Source: Bacteroidales bacterium (lineage in GTDB: Bacteria > Bacteroidota > Bacteroidia > Bacteroidales > UBA12077). From it: a stretch of 44,447 nucleotides of DNA. The stretch covers positions 1-44,447 of the forward strand of contig DAOUTQ010000003.1 in NCBI GenBank assembly GCA_030668615.1. The letters are read 5' to 3'. The notes beneath the pieces are model-generated. The model made no database searches. It had not been told where the DNA came from and was given only the letters and a program-made list of their open reading frames with translations. Of the stretch, positions 1-9,532 are shown one piece after another. Both the position numbers and the translations under genes were made by a program. Position 1 is the stretch's first letter. Each line of letters begins with the position of its first letter.

Positions 1-1041
1 AAACCTTGGGATAATAAGAAGCTTCTAGCAACAATTCTTTCTGCTTTTAACCTTAGTAGATCGAAACAAGAAATTGTTCAGTTAAAAAGCAAACAAGAAG
101 TTTTAGTTAAAGATATTGATCAATCTTATACTGAAATAATTGGCGAGTCGGATAATATGCTTGAACTTTATGGAATTATTGATAAAGTAGCACCAACAGA
201 TGCTAACATTCTTGTGCTTGGCGAAAATGGAACAGGAAAAGAGGTGGTAGCAAGAGCAATTCATAGGAAATCAAACAGATCAAACAACCTGTTTATTAAT
301 GTTGATTTGGGAGCTATTCCAGAGAGTTTATTTGAATCAGAGCTATTTGGGCATGTAAAAGGAGCTTTTACCGATGCCAAAGAAGATAGAGCAGGTCGCT
401 TTGAAATTGCAAATGGTGGAACTTTATTTTTAGATGAAATTGGAAATCTCTCTCTCCCATTGCAATCGAAACTGTTAACTGCAATACAAAAAAAGGAAGT
501 TACTCGAGTTGGTTCAAACAAGCCAATCCCTGTTGATATAAGACTTATCTGTGCTACAAATATGCATTTAAAAGAAATGGTTGATAAAAGTAAATTTCGA
601 CAAGATCTATATTTCAGAATAAATACTGTAGAAGTTCATGTGCCTCCATTAAGAGATAGGCTTGAAGATTTACCCTTGATTTCGGATCATTTTCTGGAAA
701 CATATCGAAAGAAATACAATAAGCAAGAAACAAAAATAAGCTCAGAAGCTTTTAAAAAACTTAAAAAATATAACTGGCCAGGAAATATTCGTGAACTTCA
801 ACATATTATTGAAAGAACAGTAATAATGAATAACGTCAACATACTTAATGCTAACGATTTTGTTTTAAATATTTCAGAAAGTACTTCTCTCAATAAGAAC
901 AATTTAAATTTAGAAGAAGTTGAAAAACAAACTATTGAAAGAGCATTAAAAAAGCACAATTTTAATGTTAGTGCTGCAGCAAAAGAGCTGGGCTTAGGTA
1001 GAACAACCATGTATCGTAAAATGACAAAATATGGATTTTAA
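1..1041 (+). CDS. NtrC-family sigma-54-dependent response regulator (5'-truncated by the window edge)
   Basis: The frame is open from base 1 (KPWDNKKLLATI, end of a receiver domain) into the ORF at 157. It has Walker A GENGTGKE, GAFTDA loop, Walker B LFLDE, WPGNIREL and a C-terminal Fis-type HTH. Confidence 0.95.
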   Translation, partial: KPWDNKKLLATILSAFNLSRSKQEIVQLKSKQEVLVKDIDQSYTEIIGESDNMLELYGIIDKVAPTDANILVLGENGTGKEVVARAIHRKSNRSNNLFINVDLGAIPESLFESELFGHVKGAFTDAKEDRAGRFEIANGGTLFLDEIGNLSLPLQSKLLTAIQKKEVTRVGSNKPIPVDIRLICATNMHLKEMVDKSKFRQDLYFRINTVEVHVPPLRDRLEDLPLISDHFLETYRKKYNKQETKISSEAFKKLKKYNWPGNIRELQHIIERTVIMNNVNILNANDFVLNISESTSLNKNNLNLEEVEKQTIERALKKHNFNVSAAAKELGLGRTTMYRKMTKYGF

Positions 1042-2383
1042 AAACTTCCGATTCGGACTTCTGATAAGAACAATTCTTCTTGGAGTATTTATATTTTTCA
1101 CAATCTATTCCTCATATAAAAATGAATGGTATGTTACCATGATTGTATCTGCTGTATTTTCAGTTGTATTTTTCATTGAAATAATTCGTTATGCAGAAAA
1201 ATATAAACGTAGCTTAAGTGAATTTCTTATATCTATAAAATCAAGAGATTTTATTAGTTCGTCAAATATAATTGCTGATAAAACAACCAGAGATATTTTG
1301 CGTGAAGCGTACGACTCAATATTAGATGAATTCAAGAATATACGAATTGATAAGGAAGTTCAGTATCATTATTTAAAAACAATGATAGAACATGTTAAAA
1401 TTGCTCTATTTAGTTTCGATGAAACAGGGAAAATTCAGTTTATAAATAAAACTGCATCTGAACTCTTAAATGCATATAGTAACCAAAATATTTCTAAAAT
1501 TGGAAGTATTGATTCAAATCTCCACAAATTAATTAAAGATTTAAAATCCGGAGAAAGTGAGCTGTTAAAGCTAAAATTAAACGATACTATATTACACCTA
1601 TCAGTTTATGCTACAGAAATAAAAATTCAGAAGAAATCAATCAAATTAATATCATTACAAAATATTAAACAGGAGTTGGAGTATCAAGAACTGGAATCGT
1701 GGCAAAAGCTAATTCGTGTATTAACACACGAAATTATGAACTCAGTCACTCCTATTTCATCACTTAGTAATTCAATTAACGAAACACTCAGTGAAACAAA
1801 CGGAAAAAAATCAGAGTTGCAAAAAATTACCGATGATGATTTTGAAGACATTGTCTCAAGTATAAAAACCATAGAGAACCGCAGTAAGGGACTCCTTAAA
1901 TTTGTTTCATCGTATAAACAACTTACTAAAATTCCACATCCTGATTTAAAAGAAATTAATCTTTCAGAGCTAATTAATCATTGCCAAACGCTTTTAAAAC
2001 AGAAATTCAAAGAGTTGAATATAGAGTTTAAATTCAACAATTATAAAGAGCAATTAAATTGCTTTGCCGATTATGACCTAATAGAACAGGTAATTATAAA
2101 TCTTCTTATAAACGCAATTGATGCAGTTAAAAATCAGGAAAATCCGCAGATTTCTGTTGATATTAAGAATGATATGAATAAATTTAGAATCAGCATTAAG
2201 GATAATGGCAAAGGAATTGATCCTGAAGAGATTGACAAGATCTTTATTCCTTTTTACACAACAAAAAAAGAAGGTTCGGGAATTGGATTAAGTTTATCAC
2301 GACAAATAATGCGTTTGCATAAAGGCAATATTCAGGTAAACTCTATTATAGGAAAAGGAACTGAATTTGTGTTAGAATTATAA
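1031..2383 (+). CDS. Membrane sensor histidine kinase (NtrY-like, PAS + HisKA + HATPase)
   Basis: Two N-terminal TM segments, H-box LTHEIMNS, N-box NLLINA, G1 DNGKGI, F-box FIPFYTTK and G2 GSGIGL. It overlaps the regulator stop codon. Confidence 0.95.
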   Translation: MDFKNFRFGLLIRTILLGVFIFFTIYSSYKNEWYVTMIVSAVFSVVFFIEIIRYAEKYKRSLSEFLISIKSRDFISSSNIIADKTTRDILREAYDSILDEFKNIRIDKEVQYHYLKTMIEHVKIALFSFDETGKIQFINKTASELLNAYSNQNISKIGSIDSNLHKLIKDLKSGESELLKLKLNDTILHLSVYATEIKIQKKSIKLISLQNIKQELEYQELESWQKLIRVLTHEIMNSVTPISSLSNSINETLSETNGKKSELQKITDDDFEDIVSSIKTIENRSKGLLKFVSSYKQLTKIPHPDLKEINLSELINHCQTLLKQKFKELNIEFKFNNYKEQLNCFADYDLIEQVIINLLINAIDAVKNQENPQISVDIKNDMNKFRISIKDNGKGIDPEEIDKIFIPFYTTKKEGSGIGLSLSRQIMRLHKGNIQVNSIIGKGTEFVLEL

Positions 2384-2384
2384 A

Positions 2385-2423
2385 AAAAGCAGGCTGTTTT
2401 TTAATTAGAAACTGCCTGCTTTT
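2385..2423. terminator. Bidirectional intrinsic terminator between convergent genes
   Basis: AAAAGCAGGC...GCCTGCTTTT inverted repeat with an inner GTTT/AAAC pair, directly after the kinase stop. Confidence 0.8.
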
Positions 2424-2471
2424 CAATATAGAAATATAAGGAATTATATTTTCCCTTTTACATTTTCTTAA

Positions 2472-4364
2472 TTACTCTTCGTTTTTCTTTAAATATTTAT
2501 CTAAAAATTCCAGAATCTTTTTATTTGATTCAATCTGGTTATCTTTCTTTCTAAATCCATGACCTTCATCCTCAAATATCACATATTCTACGGGAACACC
2601 GTTCGCTTTTGCTTTTTCAACTATTTCATCAGACTCAATCTGTAAAACTCTTGGGTCGTTTGCTCCCTGGAGAACCATAAATGGTTTTTGAATCTTATCC
2701 GCATGAAATAAAGGAGAAATATTATACAAATAAACAGAATCTTCATATGGATTGCCCATCTCTTTATATAAAGCATTTCTAAAATCTTCCCACCAGGCAG
2801 GAATACTTTTTAGAGTACGTAACCAATTTGTTACACCAAATATATTTACCCCAACTTCAAATTCTTCAGGAGCAAATGTCATTGCTGCAGCAACCATATA
2901 ACCGCCATATGATCCTCCCATAATACCAATCTTATCAGGATCAACAACTCCTGTTTCTTCAAGAAATGCTTTAGCGTAGATACAATCTTTTAAATCATGA
3001 TCACCATGTTTTCTGTCATCTAAAGAATAGAAGGTTTTTCCATAACCGCTACTACCTCTATTATTTACATCAATAACCGCATAACCATGATTAACAAGAT
3101 ATTGAATTGATGATCTGTATCCTACACGAGCTTGCCCTCCGGGTCCACCATGAACATTAACTAAAGCAGGAACCTTATTCTTTTTTGAAGCTTGATGCGG
3201 AAGGTATAGTACTGCAGGAATTTCAAGTCCATCAAAAGATTTATATCGTACAACAGATGAGCTTACTAAATCATCTGAATTTATTTCCGGATTTAAAGTA
3301 TTTGTTAATTGCTTGTATTCATTGGTTTCTAAATTAAGAAAATAAAGATTGCTCGGACTTATTGAACTTGATGCGTAAAAGGTCATAAATTTCTCGCTCA
3401 TTGAGATTCTTACTGAACTAATATTTAAATCTTCGAATTTAGGTAAAACAATTTCTTCTCCAGAAGCTGTGTCAAATATTTTAATTACTGTTTTTGAATC
3501 CCAATTAATACCTACTACCCTATATTTGCCATTATAAGAATGATAAGCATACATAATATCCCAACCAAAATCATAAATCTTTTCTACTTCCTCAGTTTCT
3601 AAATTCATTTTTGCCAAATATGTAAACTCACTGTTTTCATCAGTCAGAAAAAATAATTCTTTACCATCAGAACTAAAATCAACAGGGCGATAAGTTATTT
3701 CACCTTCATGCTTCGATAATAATCTGAGTTCTTCAGTTTCTCTATTATACAGATACATATTGTTATTTGTAGTAGTAATTGTTTTTGTAAAAGCAACAAG
3801 ATTTTTATCGTTTGATATGGTACTTATGTTATGTCCCACTATATTCTCATATATCATATCATATTCCATACTTTCTACATTCATCTCATAATAATCCTCA
3901 AACTTAGGATCTCTTTTATTCGATGAAAAGAAAAAGCTTTCCCTATCGTGACTCCATCCGAGAAAGTTTACACGTGCTCCTTCAAAAGGAATAAGATCAT
4001 CAAAACTCCCTTCATTGTCAAGTAAATAAATATGCGTTATTTCATTACCAGCTTGATCAGATCTAAATAATATTCTTTCGTCATTTGGAAAATAACTTGT
4101 AGCAAATGACGATTCATCACGATTAGTTAATTGCTTTGTTTCTCCATCTTCAATACCTATTTCATACAAATTATAGATTCCGCTTTCATTGCTGGAAAAA
4201 AGTATTTTTGATTCATCAGAAGAGAATGAACTTCCAAAAATTGAAGTAGTATTCATAAACTGTTCAATGGTGTATTGAGTTACTTCTTTCTCTTTCTGTA
4301 ATGAGCTACAAGAAAAAGTAAATAACGCAATACCGAGAATTAATATAATACTAAGTCTTTTCAT
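2472..4364 (-). CDS. S9 (prolyl oligopeptidase/acylaminoacyl peptidase) family lipoprotein
   Basis: Lipobox FSC, beta-propeller-like N-terminal region, HGGPG, nucleophile GGSYGG, Asp in ANDPRV and His in DEGHGF. Confidence 0.93.
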   Translation of the reverse strand: MKRLSIILILGIALFTFSCSSLQKEKEVTQYTIEQFMNTTSIFGSSFSSDESKILFSSNESGIYNLYEIGIEDGETKQLTNRDESSFATSYFPNDERILFRSDQAGNEITHIYLLDNEGSFDDLIPFEGARVNFLGWSHDRESFFFSSNKRDPKFEDYYEMNVESMEYDMIYENIVGHNISTISNDKNLVAFTKTITTTNNNMYLYNRETEELRLLSKHEGEITYRPVDFSSDGKELFFLTDENSEFTYLAKMNLETEEVEKIYDFGWDIMYAYHSYNGKYRVVGINWDSKTVIKIFDTASGEEIVLPKFEDLNISSVRISMSEKFMTFYASSSISPSNLYFLNLETNEYKQLTNTLNPEINSDDLVSSSVVRYKSFDGLEIPAVLYLPHQASKKNKVPALVNVHGGPGGQARVGYRSSIQYLVNHGYAVIDVNNRGSSGYGKTFYSLDDRKHGDHDLKDCIYAKAFLEETGVVDPDKIGIMGGSYGGYMVAAAMTFAPEEFEVGVNIFGVTNWLRTLKSIPAWWEDFRNALYKEMGNPYEDSVYLYNISPLFHADKIQKPFMVLQGANDPRVLQIESDEIVEKAKANGVPVEYVIFEDEGHGFRKKDNQIESNKKILEFLDKYLKKNEE

Positions 4365-4544
4365 AACATTTTTTTTAGGTTTTATAATATTTAGGCTAAG
4401 TTAAAAAAACTAATACAGAAAGTAAATTCCTTAGAATTTAATCCGATAAATAATGAGTTGTTATTATAAATTGGCTAAACAAAAGTAACAACAGTATGAA
4501 TTCATATAACTTTTGTAAATTTACATTGAAATAAAAATAAAGAA

Positions 4545-6764
4545 ATGAAAATATATCTCGATTATAATGCTACCACTCCTATTGATAAGGAAGTAGCACA
4601 AGCAATGCAGCCCTATTTAGCAGATTATTTTGGAAATCCATCAAGCTCACATAGTTTTGGAATTGAAACAAAAAAAGCTGTTGAAAATGCACGAAAGCAA
4701 GTAGCCAATCTGATCAATTGCAAACCCAACGAAATAATATTCACAAGTGGAGGTTCTGAATCGAACAATTATGCAATTAAAGGAATTGCTTATGCTTATG
4801 AAAACCGTGGTAATCATATTATAACCTCAACAATTGAGCATCCTGCAGTAAGCGAAGTATGTAAATACCTAGAAAGAAAAGGATTTCGAATTTCATATAT
4901 TCCTGTTGACGAAAATGGAGTAATCGATCTAAAAAAGCTTGAAGATGAAATTACCAAACAAACGATTTTAATAACTGTAATGCATGCCAATAATGAAATT
5001 GGAACTATTCAACCTATTTCTGAAATAGCAAAAATAGCGTCCAAAAACAGTATTTATTTTCATACCGATGCAGCACAATCTGCCGGTAAATACCCTATTG
5101 ATGTAAAAGAACTCGGTATTGATTTACTTTCTATTGCCGGTCATAAAATGTATGCACCTAAAGGTATTGGTGCTTTATATATCAAGGAAGGAATTCAACT
5201 TGAAAAACTTATTCATGGTGCCGACCACGAACAAAACAAACGTGCAGGTACTGAAAATGTTTTGGAAATTGTCGGGCTTGGAAAAGCTTGTGATATTGCT
5301 CATCGTTATTTATACCGCAATATTACACATATGCAAACAGTACGAAATCTGCTTTATAAAAATCTGAAAGAAGCCTTACCTAATATCAAATTAAATGGTC
5401 ATCCTCAAAATGGATTACCAAATACACTTAATGTCAGTTTTCCTAAAATTGAAGCCAATATTCTTTTAAATGAACTTGAAAGCAAAGGAATAGCTGCATC
5501 GGCGGGTGCTGCATGCCATACAGATTCTATAGATGTATCGCCTGTTTTAACTGCTATAAAACTGAATTCGGAATATGCTATGGGAACCATCCGTTTCTCG
5601 GTTGGGAAAAATACTACTGAACAGGAAATAAACAAAGCTTCTAATATTATTATTGAAACAGCTAATCAATTTTATTCTGAAGACAAAGAAGTCGCCATTA
5701 ATCCGGAACAAGATTTCTCTGATATAAAACTTACAAAGTATACTCAGGGAATGGGTTGTGCGTGTAAACTAAGACCTCAGGAACTTGAGAAAATTCTAAA
5801 AGAAATACCTTCAAATACAAATCCACAAATTTTAGTAGATACATCAAATTCAGACGATGCTGCGGTATATAAAATTAACGATGAAATAGCTCTAATTCAA
5901 ACAGTTGACTTCTTTACTCCTGTTGCCGATAATCCATACGATTTTGGTGCAATAGCAGCAGCAAATGCATTAAGCGATGTTTATGCAATGGGTGCTAAAC
6001 CTATTTTTGCATTGAATATTGTTGGTTTTCCATCGAACAGATTACCAATGGAAGTATTGAAACAAATTCTTAAAGGAGCTCAAGATAAAGCAGCAGAAGC
6101 CGGAATAAGCATTATTGGAGGTCATTCAATTGATGATCCGGAACCAAAATTTGGAATGGTTGTTAACGGACTTGCGCATCCTGAGAAATTATGGACTAAC
6201 TCCGGTGCAAAAAAAGGAGATGCAATTATACTTACGAAACCAATTGGAACCGGAATAATTGCAACAGCTCTTAAGCGTGGACTTGTTAATAAAGAAACCG
6301 AAAAGTTTGTTGTTAAAATTATGTCGGAACTTAACAAATATGCTGCTGATATTATTGCTGATTATGAAATAAGTTCTTGTACTGATGTTACAGGATTTGG
6401 ATTAATTGGCCACTTAAGCGAAATTAGTATTGCCAGCAAAACAGATGTTGAAATTATTGCTACTAATGTTCCTGTTATTAAAGAAGCACGTGAATTTGCC
6501 ACAAGCAATATAATTCCGGGAGGAACCATAAACAATATGAATCATTTTTCGAAATACGTAGAATGGGCTGATAATATAGCAGAAATAGATAGAACTATAT
6601 TATGCGATGCACAAACTTCAGGTGGATTATTATTTACAATAGCTTCTGAATATAAAGATGATATTATTAAAAAACTGAAAGAATCAGGCATTGAATTTGC
6701 TACACATATTGGAAATTGTATTTCAGAAGGAAATGGTTTAATTTCTGTTAAAAAATCAAGCTAA
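4545..6764 (+). CDS. selD: Fusion of a NifS/IscS-type cysteine desulfurase/selenocysteine lyase and selenide, water dikinase (SelD)
   Basis: N-terminal half: YLDYNATTP, GNPSS, FTSGGSESNN, HTDAAQ, PLP Lys201 in AGHK and Cys324 in GAACH. C-terminal half: GCACK (Cys405, Lys408), DDAAV, QTVDFFTP, ANALSDVYAMG, GGHS, TDVTGFGL and DAQTSGGLL. There is no stop between the halves. Confidence 0.95.
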   Translation: MKIYLDYNATTPIDKEVAQAMQPYLADYFGNPSSSHSFGIETKKAVENARKQVANLINCKPNEIIFTSGGSESNNYAIKGIAYAYENRGNHIITSTIEHPAVSEVCKYLERKGFRISYIPVDENGVIDLKKLEDEITKQTILITVMHANNEIGTIQPISEIAKIASKNSIYFHTDAAQSAGKYPIDVKELGIDLLSIAGHKMYAPKGIGALYIKEGIQLEKLIHGADHEQNKRAGTENVLEIVGLGKACDIAHRYLYRNITHMQTVRNLLYKNLKEALPNIKLNGHPQNGLPNTLNVSFPKIEANILLNELESKGIAASAGAACHTDSIDVSPVLTAIKLNSEYAMGTIRFSVGKNTTEQEINKASNIIIETANQFYSEDKEVAINPEQDFSDIKLTKYTQGMGCACKLRPQELEKILKEIPSNTNPQILVDTSNSDDAAVYKINDEIALIQTVDFFTPVADNPYDFGAIAAANALSDVYAMGAKPIFALNIVGFPSNRLPMEVLKQILKGAQDKAAEAGISIIGGHSIDDPEPKFGMVVNGLAHPEKLWTNSGAKKGDAIILTKPIGTGIIATALKRGLVNKETEKFVVKIMSELNKYAADIIADYEISSCTDVTGFGLIGHLSEISIASKTDVEIIATNVPVIKEAREFATSNIIPGGTINNMNHFSKYVEWADNIAEIDRTILCDAQTSGGLLFTIASEYKDDIIKKLKESGIEFATHIGNCISEGNGLISVKKSS

Positions 6765-6824
6765 TTGAGGATTTTGTAAAACAATTTAATCCTGATTTCG
6801 TTTTCATGTAAACCAATTCTTAAA

Positions 6825-7313
6825 ATGATGAAAAAGACAGTATTGATATTCATTTTTATATCTTTCTATTTAACCGGCTTTGCTCAGGATAATATACCTG
6901 AACTGAATTTACAAATCTTAGAATATGTTAAATCTGTAGAAGGAAAAAAGGTTGATCGTGGTGAGTGTTGGGACCTTGCTAATCAAGCATTAAAATTGGT
7001 TAATGCCGATTGGGACAAAGCTTTCGTATATGGAGATAAAGTTGATCCAAAGAAAGATAAAATATTTCCAGGTGATTTAATTCAGTTTGATAATATAAAG
7101 ATCAAGTATACAGAAGGAAATACAACTTACACAGAAACTATGGGTCAACACACCGCTATTGTATATAAAGTTTTAGGAGATGGAATTTTTGAAATTGCAC
7201 ATCAAAACAATGGATTTTCGGGAAAAAAAGTGGGTGTTAGCAAATTGAATATAAATTATATAATCAACGGGAAAATATACTTTTACAGACCCACAAAAAC
7301 ACTGGGAAATTAG
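6825..7313 (+). CDS. Exported CHAP/NlpC-P60-like (papain-fold) cysteine hydrolase
   Basis: Signal peptide ending GFA-Q. GECWDLA (Cys), PGDLIQF, HTAIV (His) and HQN are spaced as in CHAP-like domains. Confidence 0.6.
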   Translation: MMKKTVLIFIFISFYLTGFAQDNIPELNLQILEYVKSVEGKKVDRGECWDLANQALKLVNADWDKAFVYGDKVDPKKDKIFPGDLIQFDNIKIKYTEGNTTYTETMGQHTAIVYKVLGDGIFEIAHQNNGFSGKKVGVSKLNINYIINGKIYFYRPTKTLGN

Positions 7314-7403
7314 TTTTTCAAACATTAAAATACAAACTGGTTTGCGGTAATAACCGACTCTAAGAGCTTCCTAATTATAGCATTTTCGCTCAAATGTTAA
7401 AAC

Positions 7404-8135
7404 TCATTTATTTTCAATTAAACACGTCTGCATAACAGCAGGTATAATATTACCATAATAGTCTTTATCATCTTGCCGATAACTTAATACTGTTTTACAA
7501 TTTAATGAAAACGGAGCAGCATCTAAAAATACTCCTGAAGTAAAAAGATTTTGCAACCTAATATACCCACCAGTAATCTTATCATCATTTTTTTGCTTTG
7601 GATTAACGGGTACGTGTTCTGTAATAATTACAAACCTAAATTTCTTTGTTTTTCTGATTATTTCAGAAATTTGAGCATTACTTAAATGTTGCAGAACTTG
7701 TCTGATAATGCATAAATCAGCTTCAGGATACTGTTCATTATTAATGGCATCCATGTGCATAAATCTCACATTTTCTTTACTATATGAAGCCGTGAGATAT
7801 TCGGTTAAATCTTTTACTATATCAGTTCCGGTATATTGTATATCCGATTTACCAAGGACAGATTTCATTATCGTAAAATCACCACATCCTATCTCGAATA
7901 TGCTTTTAATCTCAAATTCATTAATGAAATTTCTCAAAATCTCAATGTACTTTTCAACCCTGGAGTCTATTGTTCCAGAGCCAGAACAATACTGTCTTCC
8001 GTCTGGGGCTTTTCCCCATAGATTCTTATTATAAATTTCGTTAAAAATTTCTTCACGGGATTTAATTCTGTTTTTTGTACTAATATAAAAACGCATAAAC
8101 CAACCTGGAATTAATTTCTTTATAATATTTTTCAT
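7404..8135 (-). CDS. Class I SAM-dependent methyltransferase
   Basis: Motif I FEIGCGD, GTDIV, DLCIIRQVLQHL and N-terminal SGSGT. The start is uncertain: ATG 8135, ATG 8141 or GTG 8147. Confidence 0.85.
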   Translation of the reverse strand: MKNIIKKLIPGWFMRFYISTKNRIKSREEIFNEIYNKNLWGKAPDGRQYCSGSGTIDSRVEKYIEILRNFINEFEIKSIFEIGCGDFTIMKSVLGKSDIQYTGTDIVKDLTEYLTASYSKENVRFMHMDAINNEQYPEADLCIIRQVLQHLSNAQISEIIRKTKKFRFVIITEHVPVNPKQKNDDKITGGYIRLQNLFTSGVFLDAAPFSLNCKTVLSYRQDDKDYYGNIIPAVMQTCLIENK

Positions 8136-8202
8136 TGTCATATGCACATTGATTTCTGCTGACTAAATAATACCGGTAATTTATTTTTTCCTAAACAGGG
8201 AG

Positions 8203-8332
8203 TTATACCGTTTATTATTCAAGTTGTCATATTTGTGAAAAACAAATATGGATTGAATATATAACGGCATTAACCATTCTAATCTTCAAAACAACACATT
8301 ATATGCGACATTTTGAAGAAGAATTGGTATTA
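8203..8332. repeat. ~130-bp double-hairpin dispersed repeat, copy 1 (MITE/REP-like)
   Basis: Aligns along its whole length with 12668-12795. Internal inverted repeats include CATATTTGT/ACAAATATG, TATTCAA/TTGAATA and TCTTCAAAA/TTTTGAAGA. Confidence 0.85.
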
Positions 8333-9532
8333 CCTGAAATATTTATCCAAATAACTAACTGCATGATAACTGCCATACCTCTCTCCCTTTTCCCAGTCTG
8401 AACGAGCTCCATCTTTATCTCCTGAATTATAACGAGCTAATCCTTTCTTAGCATACACATCTCCATTAAAGGGATCAATATCTAAAACCATTGAATAATC
8501 GCGAATAGCAAAATCATAGGTATTAGTTGCGACATATATATCACCACGAAGTTCGTACTGTTCCTTAGTTTTCTCAATTAACATTGATTCGTTAATATTT
8601 TTTAGCGCCGCTAAATAATTCCCATTTTTAAAATTTGTTTTGCTCTGTAAAAAAAGCATATCAGGATTTGTTTCTGAAATACTTTCAATAATCTCAATTA
8701 ATTGAGTGGCTTCTTCGTATTTTTTATTCAAAAACAATAAATCTGCTTTTAAAATATAATTATCGATTAAATATGGTTCAAGTCTAATTATTTTATTTGC
8801 ATCCATTAAAGCGAGTGTATATTTACTCTGTTTTTTCAACAAACCTACTCTTTGTTTATAATAACCAGGCTTTGATTTTTTAATTTCTATTGCTTTATTT
8901 ATCGCTTCCAGAGATTGTCTTTCATTTCCTGAATTCTGATTTATTTTGCTAAGTAAATAATACACATCAGCAATGCTATTATTTCTTGCAATAATTTCAT
9001 TTACCAAAAAATAAGCCTGATTGTATTCACCTGAATTCATTAATCTTTCAACCTGATAAAGGTGTTTCTCTGTCTTTGAATACTGATTCGATTGCAATAT
9101 ATTATCCAAAAAATCTAATCCTTTAATCTTATTATAATCAGCATTATTCAATAAGTTATACATGGATATTTTATACGAAGAGTTCAGATTCTGGATTAAG
9201 GCTTCTTCAGCATTTTTAAAATCATCTTTTTCTAAAAACATTCTAAACTTTAACTCCGATGAAATTTTGGGTTTTAATTTGTCGGCTAAATCAGCATTTA
9301 TACAAGCTTCAGTATAATTTCCAGCTTTGCATAGTGCTTCAGCTTTGGCTAAATAAAATTCAGCTTTGGGATTCACCTCAATCAATATATTTAATGTATC
9401 AAGAGCATTTTGGTATTCCCCTTGTTTTATTTCAGAAAAAGAATAAACAGCAGGAATGTTAATATTCTGAGATATTAATACAATCGGAAATATTATAAAA
9501 CAAAACAACACTATGTATTTTATTCTACTCAT
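8330..9532 (-). CDS. Exported tetratricopeptide-repeat protein
   Basis: Many TPR-like helical repeats (YYLLSKI...EAINKAIEI, YELRGDIY...AIRDYSMVLDIDP). ATG 9532 gives a signal peptide and overlaps the upstream stop (ATGAGTAG). Confidence 0.85.
   Translation of the reverse strand: MSRIKYIVLFCFIIFPIVLISQNINIPAVYSFSEIKQGEYQNALDTLNILIEVNPKAEFYLAKAEALCKAGNYTEACINADLADKLKPKISSELKFRMFLEKDDFKNAEEALIQNLNSSYKISMYNLLNNADYNKIKGLDFLDNILQSNQYSKTEKHLYQVERLMNSGEYNQAYFLVNEIIARNNSIADVYYLLSKINQNSGNERQSLEAINKAIEIKKSKPGYYKQRVGLLKKQSKYTLALMDANKIIRLEPYLIDNYILKADLLFLNKKYEEATQLIEIIESISETNPDMLFLQSKTNFKNGNYLAALKNINESMLIEKTKEQYELRGDIYVATNTYDFAIRDYSMVLDIDPFNGDVYAKKGLARYNSGDKDGARSDWEKGERYGSYHAVSYLDKYFR

Noticed and set aside
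358-378. GAFTDA instead of GAFTGA as a sign of an inactive activator
   Set aside because: As I recall, this is a common variant in Bacteroidota NtrC-like proteins, and the other AAA+ motifs are intact.
5751-5768. Selenocysteine (UGA) in the SelD active site
   Set aside because: The codons are GGT TGT GCG TGT AAA, so both residues are Cys and no recoding is needed.
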